Origin: Felis catus
Taxonomy: Eukaryota
NCBI RefSeq assembly: GCF_018350175.1
Contig: NC_058373.1
Coordinates: 74,338,001 to 74,402,000, forward strand
Length of the DNA stretch: 64,000 nucleotides
Reading direction: 5' to 3'
The notes under the pieces are model-generated. The model saw only the letters and a list, made by a program, of their open reading frames with translations. It was not told where the DNA came from and did not search any database. The translations under genes were made by a program, and so were the position numbers. Below are positions 1-12,600 of the stretch, in pieces; within the stretch, counting starts at the first letter, position 1; each line of letters begins with the position of its first letter.

Positions 1-275
1 TAGGAGGTTGAGGAGAAATTGGGAGGAGGGGGAGGGGAACAGAGTTGTGGGGTACAGGGGAAATCAGGAGCAGGGCTGAAGAGGAAATATGGGTCCTAGA
101 AGGCTGAATGGGCCTCTAAGGAGATGGCAAAGTTTAAGTGAATGGGGGTGGGTAGGGGGAGGAAATGGAACCAGAGATGATATGCAGGGCTGGGAACAGC
201 AGTGATGGGAACACAGATGGGGTGGGAGATGGGGCTTGAGGGGTCCCAATAGCCTCCCTTCTCCTGTGCCCACAG

Positions 276-888
276 AAAGTTTGTGAATTCGGCATGGGGC
301 TGGACGTGCACCTTCCTGGGGGGCTTCGTGTTGCTGGTGGTGTTCCTGGCTACCCGGCGCGTGGCGGTGACTGCCCGGCACCTGAGCCGGCTGGTGGTGG
401 GGGCCGCAGTGTGGCGGGGGGCCGGCAGGGCCTTCCTGCTCATCGAGGACCTGACTGGTTCCTGCTTCGAGCCTCTGCCCCAGGGCCTGCTGCTGCACGA
501 GCTTCCCGACCGCCGCAGCTGCCTGGCAGCCGGCCACCAGTGGCGGGGCTACACGGTCTCCTCCCACACCTTCCTCCTCACCTTCTGCTGTCTGCTCATG
601 GCTGAGGAAGCCGCTGTGTTCGCCAAGTACCTGGCCCATGGGCTGCCAGCCGGGGCGCCCCTACGCCTAGTCTTCCTGCTCAACGTGCTGCTGCTGGGCC
701 TCTGGAACTTCTTGCTGCTCTGTACCGTCATCTATTTCCACCAGTATACTCACAAGGTGGTGGGTGCTGCAGTGGGGACCTTTGCCTGGTACCTCACCTA
801 TGGCAGCTGGTATCATCAGCCCTGGTCTCCAGGGAGCCCGGGCCACGGGCTCTTCCCTCGGCCCCACTCCAGCCGCAAGCATAACTGA
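276..888 (+). CDS. FITM1: Fat storage-inducing transmembrane protein 1, last coding exon (exon 1 lies upstream of the window)
   Basis: Acceptor ctgtgcccacag|A at 276. Frame reads KFVNSAWGWTC...SSHTFLLTFCCLLMAEEA (FIT signature)...HSSRKHN, TGA 886-888; AATAAA 893-898. Confidence 0.96.
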
Positions 889-1338
889 AAGAAATAAAGG
901 CAAATCAGGCCTAGGTCTGGCTCTTCTCATCATTTGGTTGGGGGGACTCAGAAACGGTGGGAAGGATAAAAGAATCAGGCAGTCTCGCGTTCCTCAACCA
1001 TTCCTTGCTGTTATGGACTTTGAATATCCTTCCTTATGCTTGATCTCCATCCCTCCTGCTGTCCTTTTAGTCTCCCAGTCCTTGCAGACTTCAAGCTACA
1101 TGGAGGGTTTTGCTGTCAAGGAATGGTGATGTTAGAGCAGGTAAAAGTGCCCTTAGGTATGGGCAGCACTCCTGCTGGGCAGGTGCTTCATCTCTAGCCT
1201 GGCTGATTTGTTTTTCCTGCCTCCTGCACTGAATCCCACCCTCCGCCTTCCTCGGGGGCCTATCTGGGCACATTTATTTAACAGGTATTTATTGACCCAA
1301 GCAGAGTTCCATGCCTTATGAATGAGACAAGGTTTCTG

Positions 1339-1540
1339 GAGGACCTGGGTGGCTTGGTCAGTTAAGCATCCTACTTGACTTCAGCTCGGGTCATGATCTC
1401 ACAGTTTGTGAGATGGAGCCCTGAGTCAGGCTCTGCACTGACAACACAGAGCCTGCTTGGGATTCTCTCTCTCTCCCTGTCTCTGCCCCTCCCCTGCTCA
1501 CATTCTCTCTCTCTCAAAATAAATAGACATTTAAAAATAA
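1339..1540 (+). mobile_element. CAN-SINE (felid type)
   Basis: Head GG..CCTGGGTGGCT..GTCAGTTAAGCATC, (CT)n tract, AAAATAAATA tail. Confidence 0.85.
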
Positions 1541-1888
1541 TAATTATAAGTCAAAAGCAAAAAAAAAAAAAAAAGACAAGGTTTCTGCTCTTTGGAGGCT
1601 TATGGGTTAATGGGGGAGGCAGATGATAAACTCACAAATAATAGCAAATGCTTCTATTGTGCTTACTATGTGCCAGGCACAGTTCTAAGTGTTTCTAAGT
1701 TCTTCATATAAATTAAGACATTTAGCCCTCATAACAACACCAACACTATCAGGTAGGTTTGGTGGTATTCCTACTGTACAGTTGTGAAAACTGAGATACA
1801 GAGGTTAAGTAACTTGTTCACAGCTAGTAAATATCAAAGTCAGGATTATAAACCCACACAATGTGGGTCCATTGTCTGTGCTCTAAAC

Positions 1889-2415
1889 TGAGGACCAGCA
1901 ACTACAGCCCTCCTGTGGCCAGTTTTTGTATGGCCTGAGAGTTAAGAAAAGTTTTTACATTAAAAAAAATTTTTATTTAGTTTATTTTTGAGAGAGAGAG
2001 ATTGAACACAAGCGAGGAAGGGGTGGAGATAGAGGAGACACAGAATCCAAAGCAGGCTCCAGGCTCTGAGCTGTCAGCACAGAGCCTGACGTGGGGCTCA
2101 AACTCACAAACCCTGAGATATGACCTGAGCTGAAGTCTGACGCTTAACCAGCTGAGCCACCCAGGCGCCCAGATTTTTAAGTTTTTAATGATTGAAAAAA
2201 AGAATATTCCATGATATGAGAAAATTACACAGAATTCAAAGTCCATTGTCCATAGATAGTTTTATTGGAACCTAGACATACTAATTCATTTAGGTATTCA
2301 TTCATTCATACCTGCTGCAATGGCAGAGTTGAGTCGTTACTACAGACACCATTGACCCACAAAACCTAAATTATTTACTATCTGGCTTTTTACAGAAAAA
2401 GTTTGCCAACTCCTG
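1889..2415 (+). mobile_element. MER58-like hAT-Charlie element inserted in a MIR and interrupted by a minus-strand CAN-SINE (about 1961-2170)
   Basis: 3' end ...TACAGAAAAAGTTTGCCAACTCCTG; 8-bp flanks ctctaaac (1881-1888) and gtctaaac (2416-2423); MIR-like core near 1640-1885. Confidence 0.7.
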
Positions 2416-2434
2416 GTCTAAACCACACTATCCG

Positions 2435-2645
2435 TGGAGCACCTGGGTGACTGAGTCAGTTAAACATCCAACTTTGACTCAGGTCACGATCTCACCATTG
2501 GTCGGTTAGAGTCCTGTGTCAGGCTCTGTGCTGACAACTCAGAGCCTGAGCCTGCTTCAGATTCTGTGCCTCCCTCTCTCTCTGCCCCTCCCCTGCTTGC
2601 TCTCTTTCTCTCTCTCTCTTTCAAAAATAAACATTAAAAAAAAAA
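2435..2645 (+). mobile_element. CAN-SINE
   Basis: tRNA-derived head, CT tract, A-rich tail. Confidence 0.85.
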
Positions 2646-3249
2646 TCTCTTAAACTGGCTAATATCAGAGAGCTAAGTGCTATGAATGTACTAAAACAGG
2701 CTGGTTTGTAATAAAGACTTACTGGAGAGAGTTCCTTCTGGAGAGGTGACATTTGAACTGAGAACCTAAGGCAGGGAAAGGGTGTGTCAAGCAAAGGGAT
2801 TATAGTAAGGGCAAAGGCCCTGAGGTAGGAATGAACACCAGACAGATTTAAGCAACAATGGAAGGCCCAGGTATTTGCAAGTGTAATGAAAGGGGAAAGC
2901 AGTGGAAAGTGAAGTTGAAAAACAGGTGACTGGCAGGCCAGGCAAGCCTTATGAGCCAGGAAAGCCCTTTAGATTTCATTCTAAGGTCAACAGGAAGCTG
3001 AGAAAGGGCTTTAAGCCAAGAGAGGGGTCTCATGCCACCGCTGTGCGGAGAGTATCGAGGGGTGTAGTCCACAACAACGGCCAGGAGAGAGTTGACCGGG
3101 GCCTGGGTTGGAGTGGTGACAGTGTCTTATGTCACCGCATGGGCCAGCAGATACCCATGGAGCCAGGGCTATGTAGGGAGGCCAGAAAAGACGAAAGAGC
3201 GCCAGATAAGGCTTATCACGGTCCCAGCAGAGCAGGAGCAGAAGAGAAC

Positions 3250-4030
3250 CAGCGGAACGCGGAGGCAGGGAGATGGGAGGCGGGCACTGGCCTTGGCCGG
3301 CCTATGGGCTCCGGGAGGCGGGGAGGAGGGCCCGCGGTACGTGGGGACAGGAGGAGTTGAAAAAAAGCGGGGGGCGGGGCGGTGGCAGTAGGCTTCGAGT
3401 CCAAAGGCGGGAAGCTAGGCGGCGGGGTGGGAGTGGCTGAGCGTCGGGGGGCAGAGTTGCGAGGTGGAGACGGGCTGGCGCTGGTCGCCCCGCGGAGGTG
3501 GCGGTGGCAGTGCTCCTCTCGGCCTCCAGGGGGAGCCCCGCCGCGGCTGCAGCCCTCCCCCGCTCCGCCCTCTCCTCTCCCCGTCTGGCCCCGCCCCCTC
3601 CAGTACCTCCACTCCCCGATACCGAGGAAGGCAGTGGTGGGGGCGAGCGTTTGCTTTCGCTTTTCCTTCCCTGTGCGCACTCCGCTTCTCGTGCGGCGCT
3701 AGGCCCCCCGCCCCGGCAATGGCCACGCTCAGGGTCCAGCCTGAAGCCCAAGCCAAGGTGAGCTCTGCGGGTTTGAGGAAGGGCCCATTAAGGAGGCGTG
3801 GCTCTGAAAGGCTGCAGGCGTCCATGACCCACCCCCCAACCCCCGTCGCGAGTCCAGTGGAGGTCGAATGGAGCCCACGCGAGCCTCTGTGCCAGGAGCA
3901 CCTGTGCCGGAGGGAGACGGGCGAGGTCCACCTGCCGGGATAAGCTAGGCGGCTGAGGTTCAGTGGGGTGCGGTGAAGTGGAGAGCTGGCGTGGAGGGGA
4001 AGTCCGCTGGCGCGGGCCTGGGGCCACATA
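3250..4030 (+). promoter_or_regulatory. PSME1 CpG-island promoter with ISRE-like element
   Basis: CpG/GC-rich, GC boxes (GGGGCGGGGC near 3370), GCTTTCGCTTTTC at 3653-3665. Boundaries approximate. Confidence 0.75.
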
Positions 4031-6237
4031 CAGACAGGATGCTGGAGCTGCCCTGCCACCTCATGACCTTTCCCACCGGAGGGCCCCGGGCCCTCTCCAC
4101 AGAGCATGCCGTCCCTGTGCCAGTCGCAGAGGCTCTTAGACCCCTCCTTGTACAGCCCAGGAGACCTGGGCTCTGAGTCTGAGGGATCTGTTCTCACTTG
4201 GACCACCTGCCATTCACGGCCAGGAATGTTCTCATCCCCCGCATCCAGCCCCAAGGAAATCCACTTCACCCTCCCCAACCCAACCCCCTTCCCCATGTCA
4301 GGCCCTATACAACCCTAAGGGAACGGTCCTCAAATGAACTGGCCGTAAAGCCAGGTGTGTGAAGGGCTGCCTGTGTCCCACAGGTGGATGTGTTCCGTGA
4401 AGACCTGTGTACCAAGGTAGGTAACCTGGCCCATAAGCACCCCACTCCTACCTAACCCCCACCACTCAGCCCTTCCTTGCTGGGCAGTGTCAACGCTGCT
4501 TCACTGCCAGAAGAACATTTTATTCTGACCTCCATCTTCCCCCACCCCCACTTCACACAGACAGAAAACCTGCTGGGGAGCTACTTCCCCAAGAAGATTT
4601 CTGAGTTGGATGCATTTTTAAAGGTACTGGGGGCAGCAGGAAGCTAGAGAGTAAGGATCGAGGGGAGAGTCTGGGGGGCCATCAGAGTGAGGTGAGAGGG
4701 ATGCCCTTGCCTCCAGCCCTCCTCCCACCCTGCACCAGGAGCCAGCTCTCAATGAAGCCAACCTGAGCAATCTGAAGGCCCCATTGGACATCCCAGTGCC
4801 TGATCCAGTCAAGGAGAAAGAGAAAGAGGAGCGAAAGAAGCAGCAGGAGGCAAGCCAGGAAGAGCTGGGAGGAGGGACCCAACCATGGGGAAAATAAGCC
4901 TTAGGCCTGACTCCCAAGAGCCCCTATCTCCCTGCAGAAGGAAGACAAAGATGGAAAGAAGAAAGAGGAAGATGAAGACAAAGGTACCACTATGAAGGGA
5001 CTTGAGTCTCACATCCCAGGAACTCCTCTGTAGGGATTCCTCTTTCCTGCTCCTCACACAGTTCCAGCCTGGTGACTGACCTGTTGCCCACTGCGTAGGT
5101 CCTCCCTGTGGCCCAGTGAACTGCAATGAGAAGATCGTAGTCCTCCTTCAGCGTCTAAAGCCTGAGATCAAGGATGTCATTGAGCAGCTCAACCTGGTGA
5201 GCCCTCCCACTCCCACCCCCAGGCTTCAGATCTAACCCTTTGTCCTCTTTGGTCTGGGCCAGGTAGCACTTGGCACCTGCCAGGTCTTAGCAGGAGAGGG
5301 CACAGCAAGTGAAGCCAGAATTTTAGGCCTTGGGGCTCAGGACAGACTTGGCATGCCTTCCCTCGCCATGGGCAGGGAAGCAAAGGACAGAGAGTTAGGT
5401 TGGGAGCTGATGTGGCTTTGATACCATTTCCTCCTTCCAGGTCACCACCTGGTTACAGCTTCAGATACCTCGAATTGAAGATGGGAACAATTTTGGAGTG
5501 GCTGTACAGGTGAGAGCACTACCCCACTCCTCTGCCTTCCTTACTGCTTCAGTCCGCACTGTTTTCCACTTTTCCCCTTGCATTCTTTCCCCAGGAGAAG
5601 GTGTTTGAGCTGATGACTGCCCTTCACACGAAGCTGGAAGGCTTCCACACGCAAATCTCCAAGTGAGTGCCCACTTGCACCTGCATGCATACCCTGCCTT
5701 TTCCTTGGACAGAGGCTTGGGCTCCCTCTCTTCCTTCTGCTCCCAACCCTTCTGCTTCCTACAGGTATTTCTCTGAGCGGGGCGATGCTGTGACCAAAGC
5801 AGCCAAGCAGCCCCATGTGGTAGGTGAGGCCCAAGTCAGGGTGCATGGTGGGGGAAGGACACATCTGAAGTCAGACCTGATCCAAGTCTCCCACAGGGTG
5901 ATTATCGACAGCTGGTGCATGAGCTGGATGAGGCAGAGTACCGGGACATCAGGTTGATGGTCATGGAGATCCGCAATGCTTATGTGAGGAAGCAGGGGCA
6001 GGGGTGGGCAGAGGCAGCTTTCCCAGGCCACCTACTCCCTGACCCTACAGGCTGGGGGTGAAGGGTGACAGAGCTTAGCCTCTCCACAAGACTAGAAATG
6101 GGGTATAGGAGCCACCAGGGGCCTGTGGCTACCCACACTCCTCTCTGGCCTTGTAGGCTGTGTTATATGACATCATCCTGAAGAACTTCGAGAAGCTCAA
6201 GAAGCCGAGGGGAGAAACAAAAGGAATGATTTATTGA
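3719..6237 (+). CDS. PSME1: Proteasome activator PA28 alpha, 11 coding exons, 249 aa
   Basis: Exons 3719-3757, 4384-4416, 4561-4623, 4739-4849, 4938-4983, 5099-5196, 5441-5509, 5595-5662, 5765-5819, 5897-5983, 6157-6237 total 750 nt. MATLRVQPEAQAK...KEKE-rich insert...IPRIEDGNNFGVAVQEK (activation loop)...KPRGETKGMIY*. AATAAA 6356-6361. Confidence 0.97.
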
Positions 6238-6437
6238 GAGCCTCTTCTCGTCCTGTAATGGGTCCAGCAGAGACCTTCCTATCTTTTACACAGGACTCCA
6301 GACTTTCCCCACCTTCAGCCTGTTGAGGTTTCTCCCTCCCCTGCCTCCCAGGCCCAATAAATAGTCATACCATTGCCCTTCAGCCCAAGTATCTTTATTG
6401 GATCCTGACCCTTTCCCTCCCACCTCCCAGCCCTGAC

Positions 6438-8337
6438 TCAGGTATTTCCATTGGTGGGACCAACCCATTGGGTGATTTGGNNNNNNNNNNNNNNNNNNNN
6501 NNNNNNNNNNNNNNNNNNNNNNNNNNNNNNNNNNNNNNNNNNNNNNNNNNNNNNNNNNNNNNNNNNNNNNNNNNNNNNNNNNNNNNNNNNNNNNNNNNNN
6601 NNNNNNNNNNNNNNNNNNNNNNNNNNNNNNNNNNNNAACTCAGTAGGCAGTGGGGCCAGATACTTGGCAGAGGTTAGGGTCTAGAGAAGGACCCTTGGGG
6701 CAAGATCAAGGACAAAGGAGGCCCAGGAGCTGTGGGTTTCCAAGAAGAGGTGGTGGGAGTGGGGCACTCACAAGTTCTTGTCCTTGGGGACCCAGCGGAG
6801 ACCATGGTTTTCCAGGACGATGACTGGGGGCACATGAGGCTGAGGCACCAGTTTCTGATTATCCAACTGTATGGACAAGGAATGGCTGGTGAGGGTTTCA
6901 AGGACCCCACGTCCTATTTTCTCACCAAGTCCCCACCCTGAAACCCAAGCCTCACCATAATAAGTACTGCATCAGGGAAGAATTCTGCAATCCGCCCAGC
7001 GATTTTCAAGGCCAAGGGCCCAGGGCTGTGTAGAGGGAAGATCAGAGGAGTGAGGAGGTGACTAGAGTTAGACCCTGTCCATCTGAGGTGGGCCTCACAG
7101 GTCTCCTAGATGAAGACACAGTGGTGGGCTTTCCCTGTAACTGGTCTGAGGGGTCAGGCCTGCTTGAAGCTTCATACAAGACTGCTTAATGCTTGGGTGC
7201 TGTGGAAAACAGGTGCTCAGACTGCTGGTCAAGGTGAAAATCAAAGGTGGTCTTTTGGTAGGGTAATTTCGCATAACCACCCAGATTTAAGCAGTATACT
7301 ATACGTATGCTGACCCAGAAATTCCACTTAAGAGAATTTACTGTAATAATTGGACAGTGTGTGTATTAACAAAAAAAATAGAAACAACCTCAATGTTTAA
7401 GGCATGAAACAAATCATGGTATATCCATCCATACTCCTACTATATAGCTGCCAGGCTAAGGTAAATCTTTAGAGATGGAAAGATGGCACATATTTACTAA
7501 GTGAGGAGGGATAAGCAAATCACAAAACTGTGTATAATTTGATCCAGATAGGGGATTCATATGTAAGTATATAACTTTTTCTATATATAAGGAAATCCCC
7601 CCCCCCCCGAAATTGCTGGTTGGGCTTCCTCTGTGTTCTGCCAGCGCTCGGCGGGGAGGGGGGTTCACCTCAGTTAAAGCCAGGTGTCAGCTTGTTACTT
7701 ATACACAGCTATCCCCCCGAACCCCCACTACAGCTCCTCCAGGGATCGCCTTCATATTTCTTCATATGCCTTCACTCCAGTACTCAGCCTAGTGCCTGGT
7801 GTATATAGTACCTGCTCCTAAGCATTCGACGAAGGACAGATGGGAGGAACGACCAAGAAGGGTTCTCTTGATCCCTCATCCCATAACCCTTAGCCTTCTG
7901 CCTCTGGCTACTCCACTCACCTCTGATCGTCCAGAGCTGCATTGGCATGGTAGTACCCAGCCACTACCAGACCGGCCTGCGCGCCCCACACATCCACCTG
8001 CCGTGGGAAAGGGGCCATCAGAAACCCAATCGTGCCGCCCGCCCTGTAGTTGCGCACTGCTGCCCAGAGACCGGGGATGGGCTTGGGCTAGGGGTGTTAG
8101 GGGGTTTCCCGGTGGTCAGTGGGAGTCCAGCGACGGCACCTGGTTGAGGGCGACCTCCAGCATGACGGACAGGGCTAGGTGGCTGTGGAACAGGGGCACA
8201 CAGTCGGTGAGACACAGGCATTCTCCTGACCGCGGCGCGGGCGCCAGCAAGAGCCCGTTGACAGCGGCGTGCGGGTACCGGGCGGCGTGGAGACACATCT
8301 TCACGTAGGCCCGAGCCGAAATCTCCACCTCCCCCAT
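6438..8337 (-). CDS. EMC9: ER membrane protein complex subunit 9 (MPN-like fold)
   Basis: Exons 8337-8140 (MGEVEISARAYVKMCLHAARYPHAAVNG), 7997-7921, 7025-6956, 6866-6772. The last exon is mostly in N-run 6481-6636 and re-emerges as QITQWVGPTNGNT* (TGA 6440-6438). Minus-strand AATAAA 6399-6394. Confidence 0.94.
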
Positions 8338-8950
8338 GGCGAGCGGGGTCCCAGCTCTCGTCCGCGAAGCTCCCTCCAGTGCCCCGAAGCCTTCCTTGTC
8401 CCTTCCCTCTGCCTCCTCACTTAGATTCGGCCGTGACGCTGACTCGACTCGAAGGCAGCCAGCCGGCTCTGGGGGACTTGGGTCCCAGCGCCCGGTCCCC
8501 ACCTGGCCTGGGGCGCAGGCGGTGGGAATTGCACGCTGCAAAGCCGAGCTCCGCCTCCGCCCGCCCGCATCGGGAGGCCGCAGATCCCCGCCAGTCTGGG
8601 GGCTCAGAGCCTGCTGCAGAGAGCAGTACCAGCTTCTGGAGTCCCGCCCACGTGGTGCCCTTTGATAGGCTTAGAGGTTCTCATTTTGCCCAATCATCGG
8701 CCGCGTCCACACTTTGCCCCACCTTGGTCGCCCGAGCACTGGAAAGAACCCACACCTGAAAACTGAAGAGACCTGCTCGCTCATTGATTGGTTAGGCTAC
8801 TCGACTTCGGCCCAGAATTGCAGGATGGCTGGGTGTGATACCTGTGCATCTTCCCCCACAGACCCCGCGAAGCCAGAGGGGGTGGAGCGCGTGCCCGGCG
8901 TCGGGTGTCTCCGAGCGCTGGATCTCCGAACGTGGGCACGAAGCGGACTG
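7970..8950 (-). promoter_or_regulatory. EMC9 CpG-island promoter
   Basis: CpG-dense around the first coding exon and upstream; CCAAT boxes near 8690 and 8787. Boundaries approximate. Confidence 0.6.
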
Positions 8951-9696
8951 CCTTGCTCCTACTATGGAATGAATGGATTTGTACTCTAGACCAGCTCCTT
9001 CACCAAAGACCCGTGTTACCTTTGCCACTACAGGATATATGCCCCTTGGTTTCCTTAATGTATTCTCTGCAGAAATAAAGACGGCAATCGGCTGAAGGAA
9101 GGGGGAAAGAGAACAAAAAGGAAAATTTACCGACCCATCCTTCCCTTAATGAATGTCCTGCAGTATAATTTCCTTCAACATAATGCCTTGGGAGCGTTTT
9201 TCTCCGTCATCCCTTGAGGAGTCCCACCATTCACCCCTAATTCTCCCAGTGAAACGCACCCCCTCTTCAGGCTTGCTCTGAGCTAATGACAAGTGTTGTT
9301 CCTTCCTTCATTCTCAGATCTCAGCCAGAGCTTTCTACTTGTCTGTTCAAAGCCTGATTATTCCTATAAGGGGTCTTCGCAAAAGCCATTTCTTCCAGTA
9401 GGCACTCATGAGCCCCCTAGATGGAAATAATCTTGTGAAATCCCCAAATACGGGCTATCTGTGTAGCTGTCATGACATGTCACAATTTCCACTCTGTTCT
9501 TTAGGATGACTTCTTAAGAACAGGATGGGCTTCCCATTCATCTTTGCCATTATGGCATCCCCTCTCTTTCCCACCACCACATTCACATCCAGTGGCTGCA
9601 TAGGTGGCACTCAATAAATGCTTTTTGAATGAATGACACACACCAGAGATAATCCACACAAAGCATAGATCATTTATTTCCCTTCTGGCCCTGGGC

Positions 9697-12600
9697 TCAG
9701 TACATAGATGGCTTCTCTTCACCCTTTGGGTTGATAATTTTCTCTAGGTTGCTGCTGATGATATGATAAAGCTCAGCCTGGAAGAAGGTCAGAAGGGTGG
9801 CAGTCAGGTTCTTGGCCTTTCCCCTATCCCCTTCAACCATCTCCCCTAGGGGCTTACTCCACACTCACGTAGAAGGCCCTCAGGTCCAGCACCATGGCCC
9901 TGAGCTCCCCATAGGCTGCCTCATCTCGCTCATGTACCAGGGCCCGGTAATCCATCTGGGATGTGGGAGGCAAAGCTGAGTCAGCCCCATGGGAGATTGG
10001 GACATTAATCTGGTTTCCCCATATAGGGAATAGGTAACTTGAGGATGAGTCCCTTCTCAGCACCAAGAAATGGAATCCCACAGGATCAAGCAGAGAAAAG
10101 GGTCAAGGTTTTGAAGCCAAATCAGTTTTTCTAGCCAATTCTCTTGGTTTAATATTCTCTACATTGGGAAGATCAGAAAACAGACAAGGAAGACCTCTAT
10201 CCCCTCTTCCTTGCCCCACCTCAGCTAAAAGACGGGTGGACTATCCACTCACTACATGAGTCTCCTTAGAGGCCTTGGCCACAGCATCCCCGCGTTCTGA
10301 GAAGTACCTGTCAAAAGCAAGGGGATAATGACAAGAATGGGTAATGAGAGAGAGATATACCCTCAGAACCTTCCCAAAGCCCTCCATCATCCTGATGGAA
10401 CCGCCCAGCTTTGGCAATCCCAAAGAAATGTTCCTTTAGCCCCTCTTCTGGCCCTCCAGCTGCCCTCACTTGGAAATGGTTGTTTGGAAGGCTTCCACTT
10501 TAGTCTTGACTGCATTCACCCTCTCCAGCACCTTCTCCTATGGTAACAAAAGAGATGGGAGGCAAGAAAAACACTTCATTTCCTCTGTCCTTCATTCACC
10601 ATCTTCCTCCTCCTCCTAGTTCATGTCTAGCTCCTATCCCTCACTCCCCAAGTCTCTCCCTGCTCTCAGTGTCCTCACACACAGTTTTCTTACCTGGATT
10701 GCCACCCCAAAGTCATTTCCATCCTCAATCTTGGGGATCAGGTGCTGGATCCATGTGATCACCTATATTAATGATCATGTAGGAATCATTCAACAAACGT
10801 ACTGGGTTCTTACTTTTACCGCCACTTCCTAATAACAGCTATATTTAATTGAACACTTATTATATGCCAGCTACTGTGATATACATATATATATGTATAT
10901 GTAATTTAATCTTCACAGCAGTCTTAGGATGCCTGGGTGGTTCAGTTAAGCATCCGACTTTGGCTCAGGTCATGATCTCACAGCTGGTGAGTTCGGGCCC
11001 TTTATTGGGCTCTCTGCTGTCAGAGTGGAGCCTGCTTCAGATCCCCTCTCCCCTTCTCTCTCTGCCCCTCCCCCACTCTTTCTATATCTCAAAAATGAAT
11101 AAACATTAAAAAATATTCAGGGGTGCCTGGATGGCTCAGTCAGTTGAGCGTCCAACTTCGGCTCAGGTCACCATCTCACAGTTCATGGGTTCAAGCCTTG
11201 TGTCAGACTCTGTGCTGACAGCTTGGAGGCTGTTTGGGATTCTTTGTCTCCTCTCTCTCTGCCCTTCCCCCACTCATGCTGTGTCTCTCTCATTCCCTCC
11301 CCAAAATAAATAAACATTAAAAAGTTAAAAAAAAAAATCTTCACAGCAGTCTTCCAAAATATTCTTATTGTACCCGCTTAGCCGATGAAAAAGCTGAGTT
11401 GCAAAATGTCCAAGGAACTTATTTAAGGTCACCAGCTAGGTAAGTGATAGAGTCAGGCTTTGAACCCAAGCAGTCTCCCTCGAGGGCCCAAGCCCCCAAC
11501 TCACTATGGCATAGCACCTGCATGGTGTACCTGGTACAGAGGTGGGTTCTGACACTATGGAGGTGGATACAGCACAGTCTCTGATTACAGAGACACCACT
11601 GTGGTATCAGAGGTCTAGAAGAATGAGAACACAAAGTATCTAACCCCAAGGCACAGAGGAAGTTTCCTATTTCAGCAAGAGGAAGGTTGAAGGACTGGTT
11701 GAGAGACTTGTATCTCTAAAGACTAGGGTCTAGCCTGGCTTTTCTTCCCTTTCTCTTTCCCCAGTTCCCAGGCTTACCAGAATGCATTTTTCTTTGAGAG
11801 TCCACACTTCTGGCTTAACCAGGGCAAGTAGGGCGAGAACCTTCTCATTTCCAGGGAGAAAGCCACACTTAGGGACTGTGAAAAAGAGGGCATTCAGGCC
11901 CCTTCTCATCCAACAGTCAATGTGCCATTTCCTCTTCCCTAGCCACCCCTTCCTCTCTTACCTTCTTTCTTCTCCTGCTTATCTGTTTCCATCTAAGGTA
12001 AAAAGGGGGACAGCAGCTTTAGAAATGTCTTGGAGGTTGCAGGGTTATCCTCCCCACCTGGATTATAGTTTGACCCCTGCACACTGAGTGCCTCACCTCA
12101 TCATCCTTGGGTGGGGGGTCTGGGATGGGGATGTCTAGTGGGGCCCGGAGAGAGGTCAGGTCAGCCACATTGAGGGAGTCCTCCTGCACAGAGCTCAGCG
12201 TCAGCAGCTGCCCAGCCTATTCCCCTCATTCTGAGTCACAATCTTCCCTCCACACAGCCCACCCACCCACTGTCTAGGCTCAGGCCTCACCCCATCCTAC
12301 CATTTCCAGTCCACTACTCATAACTGTTCTCTGCAGGCTGAGCCCAGCTGTTCGCTGGAGGGGTTGGGTGGAGAGGAGAGAGGCCTTGGGATGGAGTGAG
12401 AAGGGCCCACACTACTCACTTGCAAGAGTTGATTCAGGTATATGATTTTCTGTGGTAAGAATCTGTAGAGGAATTCCTCTGCCTGTGGGTTACATTGCAA
12501 GGGTGGGGAATCTCAGAAGATGCTCAAGAGATGTCTGAGAAGTAGGACTGGAAGGGCCCTTGTAAATCATTGACTCCAATAATTACAAATAAGGAAACTG

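Noticed and set aside
1375-1626. Recurrent ORFs such as [18 protein letters not shown] (also at 11131, 32829, 38218, 54395)
   Set aside because: Translations of CAN-SINE copies, not a gene family.
3415-4296. 293-aa minus-strand ORF and other long ORFs over CpG islands (for example 58104-58907, 37036-37536)
   Set aside because: GC-rich, stop-poor shadow frames with low-complexity composition, often non-ATG starts, and no recognisable domain.
5984-6061. PSME1 intron 10 read-through giving an alternative C-terminus (VRKQGQGWAEAA...*)
   Set aside because: It diverges in frame from the human variant I recall and would lose the proteasome-binding tail; no support for function.
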